From an uncultured cyanobacterium (GTDB lineage: Bacteria > Cyanobacteriota > Cyanobacteriia > Cyanobacteriales > CAWCAG01): a stretch of 64,000 nucleotides of DNA. A model generated the notes under the pieces. That model saw only the letters and a program-made list of their open reading frames with translations. It made no database searches and had not been told where the DNA came from. The position numbers and the translations under genes were made by a program. The DNA lies in assembly GCA_963793425.1 (NCBI GenBank), contig CAWCAG010000005.1:1952001-2016000 (forward strand), in the 5' to 3' direction. Positions within the stretch are counted from its first letter, which is position 1. Each line of letters opens with the position of its first letter. This document shows, in pieces, positions 12,132 through 22,201 of the stretch.

Positions 12132-14051
12132 ATGCAACTTCAAATTCAGGGTGCGATCACCGCTAGTCATAATTATTTGCTTTCTCTCCAAGATTCCCAA
12201 GGTTATTGGTGGGCGGAGTTAGAGTCTAATGTGACTATAACTGCTGAGGTGGTTTTACTTCATAAAATTTGGGGAACAGATACCACTAGACCTTTACATA
12301 AAGCAAAGCAATATCTTCTTTCTCAACAAAGGGAACATGGCGGCTGGGAACTATTTTACGGCGATGGGGGAGATTTGAGTACCTCCGTAGAAGCTTATAT
12401 GGCTTTGCGGTTGTTGGGGGTGGCAGCAAATGAGCCTGATTTAATTAGGGGGCGAAAATTTATTGTTCAACAAGGGGGAATTAGTAAAACTCGTATCTTT
12501 ACTAAATTCCATTTGGCTTTAATTGGTTGCTATGACTGGCGGGGCATCCCTTCTATTCCTCCTTGGATTATGTTTTTGGGTGAGCCTTTTCCTTTTAGCA
12601 TTTATGAAATGTCGAGTTGGGCAAGGGAAAGTACGGTTCCTTTGTTGCTTGTTTTTGATCGCAAGCCTGTATTTAAAGTTAATCCAGGAATTAATTTAGA
12701 TGAATTATACTCCGAAGGGATTAACAATGTTCGCTATGAGTTACTTAGCAGTGGCGATTGGACAGATATTTTTGTTCAATTGGATAACTTGTTTAAATTA
12801 GGAGAACATCTCAATCTGGTTCCTTGGCGGCAGGAAGGGTTAGATGCAGCAGAGAAGTGGGTATTGGAAAGGCAAGAAGCTACAGGGGATTGGGGAGGGA
12901 TTATCCCCGCCATGTTGAATTCTTTGTTAGCACTGTGTTCCCTAAATTATCAGGTGACAGACCCCTTTGTACAGAGGGGTTTGCAAGCTATTGATAACTT
13001 TGCTATTGAAACAGAAACTAGCTATCGGGTACAAGCCTGTGTTTCTCCGGTTTGGGATACGGCATTAACCCTGCGTGCCTTAACAGATTCAGGACTCGCT
13101 TTAGATCATCCCGCCTTAATTAAGGGAGGAGAATGGCTTTTGCAGCAACAAATTCTTGATTATGGTGACTGGGCAGTTAAGAATAAGCGAGGTAAACCGG
13201 GGGCTTGGGCTTTTGAATTTACTAACCGCTTTTATCCTGATGTTGATGATTCGGCGGTTGTGGTGATGGCACTAGAAAGTATTAAATTACCAAACGAAGA
13301 GTTAAAACAGGCTGCGATCGCCCGTACCCTTAATTGGATAGCCTCAATGCAATGTCAAGCTGGAGGCTGGGCAGCTTTTGATCTCAACAACAATCAAAAT
13401 TGGCTCAATTACTTACCCTATGCTGATCTTAAGGCCATGATCGACCCCAACACTGCCGATGTTACAGGGCGGGTATTAGAAATGGTGGGTAGATTAGCTA
13501 AGAGTGGGGAAACCCAAAATAGTGACTTAACCCCAGAAAAAATTGACAGGGCGATCGCCTATTTAATTAAGGAACAAGAAGCTGATGGTAGTTGGTTTGG
13601 GCGGTGGGGAGTAAATTACATCTACGGTACTAGCGGTGTGTTGTCTGCCCTGGCGCTTCTTGCCCCCCAAAGCCATGGTAATGTGATTGAACGAGGTGTT
13701 ACTTGGTTAGCCAGTTGTCAAAACCCTGATGGGGGCTGGGGAGAAACCTGTCGTAGTTATGATCATCCCCATCTCAAGGGGCAAGGTGTCAGCACTCCCT
13801 CTCAAACAGCTTGGGCATTGATTGGTTTAATGGCTGCTGGGGAAGCAACGGATAACTGGCACGAAGAAGGCATTACAGCAGGCATTGATTATTTAATTAC
13901 CAGTCAACAAGTAGATGGGAGTTGGCAAGAAGCCGAATTTACAGGTACAGGCTTTCCTAGCCATTTCTACATTAAGTATCACTTTTATTGCCAAAACTTT
14001 CCCTTAACAGCTTTAGGGAAATATCAGCAATATATACCAAATCCTGTTTAA
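12132..14051 (+). CDS. shc: Squalene-hopene cyclase
   Basis: DVDDSA (DXDD) catalytic motif, several QxxxGxW repeats, FTGTGFP. Confidence 0.97.
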   Translation: MQLQIQGAITASHNYLLSLQDSQGYWWAELESNVTITAEVVLLHKIWGTDTTRPLHKAKQYLLSQQREHGGWELFYGDGGDLSTSVEAYMALRLLGVAANEPDLIRGRKFIVQQGGISKTRIFTKFHLALIGCYDWRGIPSIPPWIMFLGEPFPFSIYEMSSWARESTVPLLLVFDRKPVFKVNPGINLDELYSEGINNVRYELLSSGDWTDIFVQLDNLFKLGEHLNLVPWRQEGLDAAEKWVLERQEATGDWGGIIPAMLNSLLALCSLNYQVTDPFVQRGLQAIDNFAIETETSYRVQACVSPVWDTALTLRALTDSGLALDHPALIKGGEWLLQQQILDYGDWAVKNKRGKPGAWAFEFTNRFYPDVDDSAVVVMALESIKLPNEELKQAAIARTLNWIASMQCQAGGWAAFDLNNNQNWLNYLPYADLKAMIDPNTADVTGRVLEMVGRLAKSGETQNSDLTPEKIDRAIAYLIKEQEADGSWFGRWGVNYIYGTSGVLSALALLAPQSHGNVIERGVTWLASCQNPDGGWGETCRSYDHPHLKGQGVSTPSQTAWALIGLMAAGEATDNWHEEGITAGIDYLITSQQVDGSWQEAEFTGTGFPSHFYIKYHFYCQNFPLTALGKYQQYIPNPV

Positions 14052-14163
14052 ATAGCATAAGTTATCGGTGAGGGTAGGGAGTAGGGAGAAGGGAGCAGGC
14101 AGTAGGGTTTGAAAACTTTTTTTAGTGAATTTTGTATTTGGTTTTTAATAACCGGATTTGGCA
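14035..14163. mobile_element. MITE-like dispersed repeat overlapping the shc stop codon
   Basis: TACCAAATCC...GGATTTGGCA imperfect terminal inverted repeats enclosing GGGAGTA/GGGAGCA heptamers. Related half-sites near 2272 and 21842. Confidence 0.5.
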
Positions 14164-14203
14164 ATACTAGACATCTCCTAAAATAGTCAAAGCGTTGCTG
14201 TAG

Positions 14204-15667
14204 CTATCTTTCTAAATCTCTTTTGGGAGTCACTAAATACAAATCTATCTCCTCGAAATTTTGTTTTTGTTCTACCTGAAACTCTTCTTCAATAACTTCT
14301 TGAACGAGCTGATGTTGTTTTTCTCCTGTGTCAGTAATATGTTTATAAATAATCCAAAGACGAGAAGAAACAGGTGGTAACTTTTCTATAGCCTCCCTAA
14401 TAACTGATTTAGGTAGGGGGCGAGGTTGAGGAGGGCCGGGTTTCCAAACAGAATTAATAGGGGCAGAGCCATCATAATAGTAACCAAAAAGCCTGCCAAA
14501 AACATCTGCGGAGATAGCAATTTCATCACCAGGTTGTTCTTCTGTTTCAATCTTCTCTGCTACACCACGCCAATCAATGCGATCCTGCACGGTGTAGTAG
14601 GTAGTCAGCCCTCCTATGACTGCAATGCTGTAAATCAAGGAGGCGAAAACGGCGATCGCCTTCTGGCTATTCCAGAGTTGTACCAAGCCCACTGCCAGCA
14701 ATAAAAGCAGATAGGGAAGGGCAAACATTAAATGGCGAGGTTGCCAAAGTTTGCTAGATAGAGGAGTTGCTAGGAAGAAAATTATGATCGGTAAGATGCC
14801 CCACATCGCAACCCAATACAGCTTAGGTAAATCCCTGATTTTTAGCAGTGCAAATGCTATTAAAACCAGCAGAAGCAGAGCAAAGCCTTTGTAAAATAAC
14901 TCAATAGTGTTAGAGGGAAAAGGAATTTTATCAAGATAAACGGTATAACCAACCAAACTTCCTAAAAACTCATTAAAGTTAGGAAAGTTACCCAATCCTT
15001 GCTCTGGCCCCCTTTCCCCTGGCTTGCGACTTAGCACGTAAAGCAAAGGCAATAAGGAAACCACAATAAAAGTTAAACGGATGCCAAACTTAAAGATAAC
15101 CTTGGGTTGCTGTCGAAAGCGCCAGCCAATTAGTAAGGTATCAGGAAGCAGTAAAGGGGCAGTGAGGGGAGTATTGTAGAGCATTAAAACCCGCCCCAAA
15201 GTCCAGAGATTTGTAGATAAAGTAGTGGGGGTTTCTAGGGCTGAAGCTAGGGCGAAAGTACCCCCCAGGCTGAGTAAAGCACTTAAGCCATACATCCGTA
15301 CTTCTTGGAAGTGGAAAATAAATAAAGGAGACAAAGCTAGCAACAAGGCAGCTACTGAACCGGTTAATTTACTAAAAAGCTTGTTTCCCAAAAGATAAAT
15401 TGTGGAAACGCTAGCCAAGCCGAATAAAACCGATAATCCCCTTAACCAAACTTCGCTCTCACCAAAAAACATCCACAAGCGCAGAATAGGGTAATAGAGA
15501 GGGCGTTCCTTTTTAACAATTCTCGGTAAAGCTTCTGCATCAAGGATACTAATAATTTCATCACTCCAAAGGCTTTCAGCCCCAAGCTGGTAGAGATAGA
15601 GTCCTCCTGCCAGTAATAGTATTAAACTAAGGGGAAACCATTGACGTAAGAAAGCTTGTCTATTCAT
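14204..15667 (-). CDS. Glycosyltransferase family 39 (GT-C, PMT-like) membrane protein
   Basis: SLWSDE, PLYY, QEVRMY, multiple TM helices, DWRGVA. Confidence 0.88.
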   Translation of the reverse strand: MNRQAFLRQWFPLSLILLLAGGLYLYQLGAESLWSDEIISILDAEALPRIVKKERPLYYPILRLWMFFGESEVWLRGLSVLFGLASVSTIYLLGNKLFSKLTGSVAALLLALSPLFIFHFQEVRMYGLSALLSLGGTFALASALETPTTLSTNLWTLGRVLMLYNTPLTAPLLLPDTLLIGWRFRQQPKVIFKFGIRLTFIVVSLLPLLYVLSRKPGERGPEQGLGNFPNFNEFLGSLVGYTVYLDKIPFPSNTIELFYKGFALLLLVLIAFALLKIRDLPKLYWVAMWGILPIIIFFLATPLSSKLWQPRHLMFALPYLLLLLAVGLVQLWNSQKAIAVFASLIYSIAVIGGLTTYYTVQDRIDWRGVAEKIETEEQPGDEIAISADVFGRLFGYYYDGSAPINSVWKPGPPQPRPLPKSVIREAIEKLPPVSSRLWIIYKHITDTGEKQHQLVQEVIEEEFQVEQKQNFEEIDLYLVTPKRDLER

Positions 15668-15792
15668 AATATTTGAGCCTAGTAAATGAACCCGAACTAA
15701 TAAAAAATCAACAAGACATCTTTAATTTAAGGATAATATTGAATCACAAGTTTACTAACCACCAACAAGCAATGATTAGTAATCATTGATCA

Positions 15793-18513
15793 ATGACCAA
15801 GATTAAAACAATTTTTAATTGGTTTCAATCACGACTTCTAAATCGTTCCTTAGATAGTCGTTACGCCCTAGCCGAAGCTTGCCTCATCGGTTTAGTCTCT
15901 GCTCTTTCGGCTTTATTACTTAAACAGGGTATCGGTTGGTTAGGATTGTATCGACTCCAAGCAGCAGAAAGGTTTGGGGCTATTTGGGTTTTACCTACCG
16001 TCGGTTTAGTATTTGGATGCTTAGCAGGTTTAGTTATCGAAAAATTATCCCCAGCCGCCGCAGGAGGGGGCATTCCTCAAGTTAAGGCTGTGTTGGCACA
16101 GTTTTCTATCCCTTTATCTCTGCGGGTAGCCTTAGTTAAATTAGTTGGCACTATCCTCATTTTGGGGGCGGGGTTAACCTTGGGTAGACGTGGCCCCACA
16201 GTACATATTGGCGCAGCTTTAGCAGCACAATTAAGCAGTTGGGTTCCCAATTCCCCAGAACATCGCCGCCAACTTATTGCGGCGGGGGCAGCGGCAGGTT
16301 TGGCAGCAGGTTTTAATACTCCTTTGGCTGGCATTCTTTTTGTGATAGAAGAGTTGATGCGAGATATTTCTAGCTTAACTTTGGAAACAGCCATCCTTGC
16401 TTCTTTTACTGGGGCGGTAGTTTCTCGGTGGTTGGGTTCAGGAGAACTTAATATACCGAAAACTATTCTTGATGAATCAATACCAAATACCATGACTCCT
16501 TCGGAAATTCCCTTTTATTTGGTGTTAGGGATTTTAGCTGGGGTTTTGGGAGCATTGTTTAATCGTGGTATTCTCTTTAGCTTAAATTGCAACCGCCGCC
16601 TCAGTTTGTCGATGCCCCTGAGAATTGGCTTAGCTGGGCTTATTTCTGGTATTATTATTGCCTTGCTACCTCCTTTTTTCCAAAACAACGCTGGATTAAG
16701 GGAATTTTTAGTTACTAGCGAGACAGGAGATTGGCAAACCACTGCTGAAGTTTTTGTTGCTCAATTTTTCCTTACCCTCATTGCTTATGGCTCCGGTGCG
16801 CCAGGGGGAATATTTGCACCTGCTTTAGTTTTAGGAGCCGCTTTAGGCTATCTATGCGGTAACGTTGAGATGGCTGTTTTAGGCATTGGTTATCCTCAAA
16901 CCTACGCCCTGGTGGGAATGGGCGCTTTTTTCGCTGCTGTCGCCAGGGTTCCTGTTACAGCTATTGTGATTGTTTTTGAAATTACTGCTGATTTCCGTCT
17001 CGTATTGCCTTTAATGGTTTGTTCTATTGTGGCTTATTTAGTGGGGGAAACTGTATTTAAAGGTTCTCTCTATCAACATCTTTTGGAACATAACGGCATT
17101 GAACTTCAAGATGAAACCATTAGTAATTCCTTATTCAAGAGGTTAATCGCTTCTGAGGTGATGCAGCGACGGGTAGAAACTTTAGCCGTTGATACTTCCC
17201 TGGAAGAAACAATTCAAGCTTTTTCTCGCTCCTCCTATCAAGGTTTTCCTGTCCTTGAAGATAACAAGTTGGTAGGGATCGTTACCCAAACCGATTTATC
17301 TAAACTCTCAAAACGCAAAGAATATCTGTCTTTGAGGGAATTTATGACTCCCAAACCAATTACTGTAAGCGCGAATACTCCCCTCTGCGATGTTCTTTAC
17401 TTGTTAGATCGCTACAAACTCTCCCATTTACCTGTTACCGAAGGGAGCAAGCTAATTGGTATCATCACCCGTGGCGATATTATCCGCGTTGAAGCAGAAA
17501 GTTTGCAAGGAAGCAAGAGTTTTGCTGGTAATAAGACAGTAGATACTAAACCAGATCCTTCCTATTTAATTTACCAAACTCGCTCTCCTGCGGTGGGTAG
17601 AGGGCGTATTCTTTTGCCTTTGTCCAATCCTCATACTGCTTCGGCACTAATAGAAATGGCAGCCGCGATCGCCTCTAAACGCAAGTATGAGTTACAATGC
17701 TTGGCGGTTATTTGCGTTCCTCAGCACAATTTTCCGGCTCAAACTAAAGTTGATACCAAGGCTTCTCATCAATTACTTGCAGAGGCAGAAGAGATTGCTG
17801 CGGAGTGGCAAATCCCCATACACAAGCAAATTAGGGTGGCTCATAATATTCCTTTAGCCATTGCCGAAACTATTAATGAGCGACAAATTGATTTAGTTAT
17901 AATGGGTTGGAAAGGTTACAATTCCACTCCTGGAAGTATTCTTAGTACTATAGCAGATCGTCTTGTGCAGTTGGCTCCCTGCGATTTGCTTTTGATCAAA
18001 TTGGGTCAAGATTTAAAAGTCCGTAATCGACAATTTCCTCCTCGTTTGAAAAGAACTCCTATTCGCAATACCCCAGCTTTACTTAGTGATTCTGGTTCCC
18101 CAGGATTAAGCCATATCTATTCCTCTCGCTGGTTAGTTTTGGTGGCTGGTGGTCGCAATTCACGAAAGGCAATTCGCTTCTTAGAGAATCTCACAGCGGG
18201 CATTCCAGCCGCTCAAATCTGGCTTTGCCAAGTTTATCATCCCCACGAAACCGAACCAGATTTGTCAAGTTTGCAACGCGCTGCTCATTCTCTTAATAAT
18301 CATCTTGATGCTCAAGTTATGGCTATTTGTATTTGTGCTTCTTCTATTGTGGAAGGAGTGATTGATTGGGTACAAGATAATCAGTGTGATGTGATTGTCT
18401 TGGGGGCAACTCAAAAGGGAATATTACAACAAAATGTTCGTGGCAGCATACCAGAAAGGATTGCTAAAGGTGTAGGGGCAACGGTAATTTTAGTACGGGA
18501 AGGTTTGGATTGA
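15793..18513 (+). CDS. CLC chloride channel family protein with CBS pair and USP-like domains
   Basis: GGGIP, GRRGP, GAAAGLAAGFNTP, GGIFAP; two CBS domains; C-terminal universal-stress-protein repeats. Confidence 0.93.
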   Translation: MTKIKTIFNWFQSRLLNRSLDSRYALAEACLIGLVSALSALLLKQGIGWLGLYRLQAAERFGAIWVLPTVGLVFGCLAGLVIEKLSPAAAGGGIPQVKAVLAQFSIPLSLRVALVKLVGTILILGAGLTLGRRGPTVHIGAALAAQLSSWVPNSPEHRRQLIAAGAAAGLAAGFNTPLAGILFVIEELMRDISSLTLETAILASFTGAVVSRWLGSGELNIPKTILDESIPNTMTPSEIPFYLVLGILAGVLGALFNRGILFSLNCNRRLSLSMPLRIGLAGLISGIIIALLPPFFQNNAGLREFLVTSETGDWQTTAEVFVAQFFLTLIAYGSGAPGGIFAPALVLGAALGYLCGNVEMAVLGIGYPQTYALVGMGAFFAAVARVPVTAIVIVFEITADFRLVLPLMVCSIVAYLVGETVFKGSLYQHLLEHNGIELQDETISNSLFKRLIASEVMQRRVETLAVDTSLEETIQAFSRSSYQGFPVLEDNKLVGIVTQTDLSKLSKRKEYLSLREFMTPKPITVSANTPLCDVLYLLDRYKLSHLPVTEGSKLIGIITRGDIIRVEAESLQGSKSFAGNKTVDTKPDPSYLIYQTRSPAVGRGRILLPLSNPHTASALIEMAAAIASKRKYELQCLAVICVPQHNFPAQTKVDTKASHQLLAEAEEIAAEWQIPIHKQIRVAHNIPLAIAETINERQIDLVIMGWKGYNSTPGSILSTIADRLVQLAPCDLLLIKLGQDLKVRNRQFPPRLKRTPIRNTPALLSDSGSPGLSHIYSSRWLVLVAGGRNSRKAIRFLENLTAGIPAAQIWLCQVYHPHETEPDLSSLQRAAHSLNNHLDAQVMAICICASSIVEGVIDWVQDNQCDVIVLGATQKGILQQNVRGSIPERIAKGVGATVILVREGLD

Positions 18514-18533
18514 TTAGTGCTGTTATAATCTAC

Positions 18534-18845
18534 CTATGTCAATTTGTGAATTTGCGACTCCTGCCAATGCTGCATTTCTTCATTAATAAAGTAATTAACT
18601 AAATCCTGATAAACTTTTTCAATCACATCAGCATTTAACCCTTCTTTCTCTGCCCAAATTCGACGTTGTTTCAACATCTTTTGAAAGCGTTCAGGCGCTC
18701 TAACATTTGTTTCACTTGTCTTAAACTTAGAAGCCGCTTTAACGTAAGCGAAACGTTGTCCAAGTAGTGAAATAACTTGGCTATCTAAGGCATCTATTTC
18801 AGACCGAATGTCTGCCATATTTTCGCATTGATCTGGTGTTTTCAT
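18534..18845 (-). CDS. Isochorismate-pyruvate lyase / chorismate mutase type II (PchB-like)
   Basis: MKTPDQCENMADIRSEIDALD...RFAYVKAASKFK...APER. Confidence 0.88.
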   Translation of the reverse strand: MKTPDQCENMADIRSEIDALDSQVISLLGQRFAYVKAASKFKTSETNVRAPERFQKMLKQRRIWAEKEGLNADVIEKVYQDLVNYFINEEMQHWQESQIHKLT

Positions 18846-18933
18846 TGGCTTACAATGTACCGTAGTGTAACGTCTCAATTGTTCTGCAAGTATTAGACAA
18901 TTAGTATAAGTTCACGATTAATAAATCAGATAT

Positions 18934-19248
18934 TTAATAATGAACTGCTAACCATATTGTCTCAATATTAGGGTCAGTCCACTCTACTTTATGTTTTTTA
19001 TATGCTTCTATATTAATATAATCACCTTCTTGCAGATTAACTGATGATTCATTTGCAAATGATAGAATTGCTTGACCTTTCAAGACTATAACCCATTCAT
19101 TTTGTTTTTGTTCATACCAACCAGATTCTGGTGATGTATGTCCTTTCGAGACAATGCGTTCTATTCTCACATTATCACTTTCAACTAGTTTTTCAAATAC
19201 CTCATGTTCTAAGTTTGTGGGAATTTTATCAAATAGATTATTTGCCAT
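18934..19248 (-). CDS. Cupin domain protein
   Basis: RIERIVSKGHTSPESGWY...EWVIVLKG...HKVEWT. Confidence 0.88.
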   Translation of the reverse strand: MANNLFDKIPTNLEHEVFEKLVESDNVRIERIVSKGHTSPESGWYEQKQNEWVIVLKGQAILSFANESSVNLQEGDYINIEAYKKHKVEWTDPNIETIWLAVHY

Positions 19249-19274
19249 AATTTCATCTTGTAGTAAATCCGACT

Positions 19275-19508
19275 TTAGTCTTCTTTATTAGAGCGATGTT
19301 TTGCAATCAAGACTCGCATCTCATTCCGGACTTCTCGCCACAAGTCAGAATTAGCCTGAAGCTGTTCTTGAAAATCATTTCCTTGAAGATAAGCGTTACC
19401 TTTATTATCAAATGCAACTTTTAAATCATCTACTTTCACAAACGGTTCAAGTTCTTGAGTTAAGTTAGAAAATGTATTGAATATTTGACTGACGTTTCGA
19501 GTACTCAT
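19275..19508 (-). CDS. Small hypothetical protein
   Basis: ORF from MSTRNV..., co-oriented with its neighbours; no family recognised. Confidence 0.55.
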   Translation of the reverse strand: MSTRNVSQIFNTFSNLTQELEPFVKVDDLKVAFDNKGNAYLQGNDFQEQLQANSDLWREVRNEMRVLIAKHRSNKED

Positions 19509-19572
19509 AGAATTTATAATAAATATGCCAACTTTTACCAACAATAAATATAAAGAGTTTCATATTCAACTC

Positions 19573-20148
19573 TCAATAAGACTTCGTTTCATTGGGCCTG
19601 CTGGTAAGCTCTGAAAACAAAATAAAAATGCTCCAAATTATTGCACCTTCCCAAAAGATAAGATAAATTCCTAAAGGTAGCAATTTCCAACTCCAAAACC
19701 AATTAATCTCATGTTTAATTATCAACGAAGCTTCATTAGAGTCAAGAAAGGAGTTGATTTGAGCAACAAACTCTTGCATTTTTGCGGCGTTTCCTTTGAA
19801 AATATTTACTTCTCCTTCTGAGGTTACTAAAGTCACAAAGTTACGTACTACTTTATTTCCATTAGGAGTGTGACTTGTCAAAGACTTGAATTTAGCTTCA
19901 GAAACTCTTTCTAATGAAGTAGAAGGTAGTTTGATCAAACTAAAAAACCTTAACTTACGATTGTTACAGCTAACTTGGCTAGACTCTATGCGTTGACAAG
20001 AAAGAGTTGTTACTCCAAGCTCATAAAAGATAAATAACAGTGGTAATATTGCGAAGATAGCTAGGAGTAGAGCATAAGCAGAAATAATTAGTTTGTCTTT
20101 GAAGGTTAGCTGTAAAGATGTTTTGTTAGGCATCAATAACTCCCTCAA
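19573..20148 (-). CDS. Hypothetical two-TM membrane protein
   Basis: TM - TTLSCQR...C - TM architecture; start uncertain. Confidence 0.7.
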   Translation of the reverse strand: MRELLMPNKTSLQLTFKDKLIISAYALLLAIFAILPLLFIFYELGVTTLSCQRIESSQVSCNNRKLRFFSLIKLPSTSLERVSEAKFKSLTSHTPNGNKVVRNFVTLVTSEGEVNIFKGNAAKMQEFVAQINSFLDSNEASLIIKHEINWFWSWKLLPLGIYLIFWEGAIIWSIFILFSELTSRPNETKSY

Positions 20149-20171
20149 TAATCTGACATAATCAAAAAATC

Positions 20172-21053
20172 TTAACGAATTTGTCCATAAACATCCTTAT
20201 CCTTACTCAAGCGCAAACTAATAATTGAAAGAGAAAAAATAATTACGAAAAGCACTAAACCTATGGTACAAGCATAACTAATATCGAAATCGCGGAAGGA
20301 AGCTTCGTAGATATAATAAACAACGGTTTTAGAACTATTTAAAGGACCACCTTTCGTCATCACATAAATTTCTTCAAACACTTTTGTGGCCGAAATTGCC
20401 GAAATAACCGCCACCAAAATTAAATAGGGACGCATTAAAGGTAAGGTAATATCCCAATGTTTCTGTAACCCATCAGAACCATCAATAGCTGCTGCTTCAT
20501 ATAATTCTCCATCAATAGATTGCAACCCAGCTAAGTAAATAACCATGTAATAACCTAAACCTTTCCAGATAGTTACTACCATCACACTCCACATAGCTAA
20601 AGCAGGATTGGTTAACCAAGGAATACCATTTGTAAAACCCAATTGTTGTAATAACTGATTAAAAATACCATTAGAATCATAAAGGGCCCGCCAAGCAATT
20701 CCCGCCACCACCATAGAAATAACCACCGGGGTATAAAAGGAAGCGCGAAACCAACTGATTCCTCTCAGTTTTTGATTAACCAAAATAGCTAAACCAAGGG
20801 GGGCAATCACTAAAAAAGGAACGACACCAATAATATAAATTAAAGTGTTTTTCATGGTTTGCCAAAACACTTCATCTGCCCATAATTTGCTTAAGTTTTC
20901 CCAACCTTCAAATTGCGGCTGTTCAGTTAAATATAGTTCGTAGTTAGTGAAACTTAAATAAAAGGCTTGTATCGCCGGCCAAAATACCGTCAAACCTAAA
21001 AGAACTAAAGCAGGTAATAAAAACAAATAAGCAGTTAAATTCTTTTTTCTCAT
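20172..21053 (-). CDS. Carbohydrate ABC transporter permease
   Basis: EAA motif LYEAAAIDG; six TM segments. Confidence 0.93.
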   Translation of the reverse strand: MRKKNLTAYLFLLPALVLLGLTVFWPAIQAFYLSFTNYELYLTEQPQFEGWENLSKLWADEVFWQTMKNTLIYIIGVVPFLVIAPLGLAILVNQKLRGISWFRASFYTPVVISMVVAGIAWRALYDSNGIFNQLLQQLGFTNGIPWLTNPALAMWSVMVVTIWKGLGYYMVIYLAGLQSIDGELYEAAAIDGSDGLQKHWDITLPLMRPYLILVAVISAISATKVFEEIYVMTKGGPLNSSKTVVYYIYEASFRDFDISYACTIGLVLFVIIFSLSIISLRLSKDKDVYGQIR

Positions 21054-21101
21054 TTATAATTTATAATTTGTCACTAACAATTTCACTGAGGAAAGCAATT
21101 T

Positions 21102-21800
21102 ATGGTTCCTTTAAAGGATGAAAACCCGATTCAGATTACACCTTTTGTTACCTATGCCCTAATTGCCATTAATATACTAGTTTTCCTCTATGAGATAACT
21201 TTAACAGAACCTCAGTTAAATGCTTTTTTTGAGCTTTATGCTATCGTACCAAAAGAGTTGACAGGTAGCTTTAATGGCTTAGTGATTAATCAACCAGTAC
21301 CCGAACCTGTTACCTTAATCACATCTCAGTTTTTACACGGTGGTTTTGCCCATGTAGGCTTTAATATGTTGTTCCTGTGGATTTTTGGTAACAACATTGA
21401 AGAAGAATTAGGACATAGCAAATTTTTAATCTTCTACTTAGCCTGCGGTAGCTTAGCCGCCCTTTGTCAGTGGTTTTTCTCTCCTTTGTCCTTAACTCCT
21501 ACCTTGGGGGCTAGTGGTGCGATCGCCGGAGTTATGGGAGCATATATCCTTAAGTTTCCTGCCGCCCGAATTTTAACCTTAATTCCCCTGGGCTTCTTCT
21601 TCCCCACAGTAAGAGTACCAGCAATTTACTTCCTTGGTTTCTGGTTTGTCCAGCAGGCTTTTAATGGTATAGCCTCTTTAGGAGTTAGGGCTGATATTGG
21701 TATGGAAAGCGGCGGTGTCGCTTATTGGGCTCATGCTGGAGGCTTTGTTTTTGGTGCAATTTTGGGGCCGATGTTGGGGTTGTTTTCTGATTCTAAATAG
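21102..21800 (+). CDS. Rhomboid family intramembrane serine protease
   Basis: HGGFAHVGFNM, GASGA, AHAGGF. Confidence 0.95.
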   Translation: MVPLKDENPIQITPFVTYALIAINILVFLYEITLTEPQLNAFFELYAIVPKELTGSFNGLVINQPVPEPVTLITSQFLHGGFAHVGFNMLFLWIFGNNIEEELGHSKFLIFYLACGSLAALCQWFFSPLSLTPTLGASGAIAGVMGAYILKFPAARILTLIPLGFFFPTVRVPAIYFLGFWFVQQAFNGIASLGVRADIGMESGGVAYWAHAGGFVFGAILGPMLGLFSDSK

Positions 21801-22201
21801 AGAGGATTTCATTGAACATTTGTTAGTGAACTTTTCAACACCGATTTGGTATAAGCACAGCTTTTTCTTGCAAAAGCAAATCATTTAATTATTTAAACCA
21901 AAGTGATTTTTGTGGTTCTTTATGAAGTTAAATTAAGAACGAGGCGACAAGCTCTTTGAAGCTCTTGCTTTTGTAATAGGATTAGTTAAAGATTATTAAA
22001 AATGATACACTTGCTGTTTTGTATCTAAAAATATCCTTAACAAAGTAAAACTCTTGTATATCAAGCTTTACCCCGAATTGCATAGCTTATAAGAAGAGAT
22101 TTAATAGCAATACAAATATCAGACAAATACTTCTTTGATGCCTCAAATTTAATCGCCTATTGACGAAATGACATTTTCGTGAAATAGACAATAAGAAGAA
22201 T

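Noticed and set aside
12132..15667. shc plus GT39 as a hopanoid tailoring cluster
   Set aside because: The genes are convergent, separated by repeats, and no hpn genes are present.
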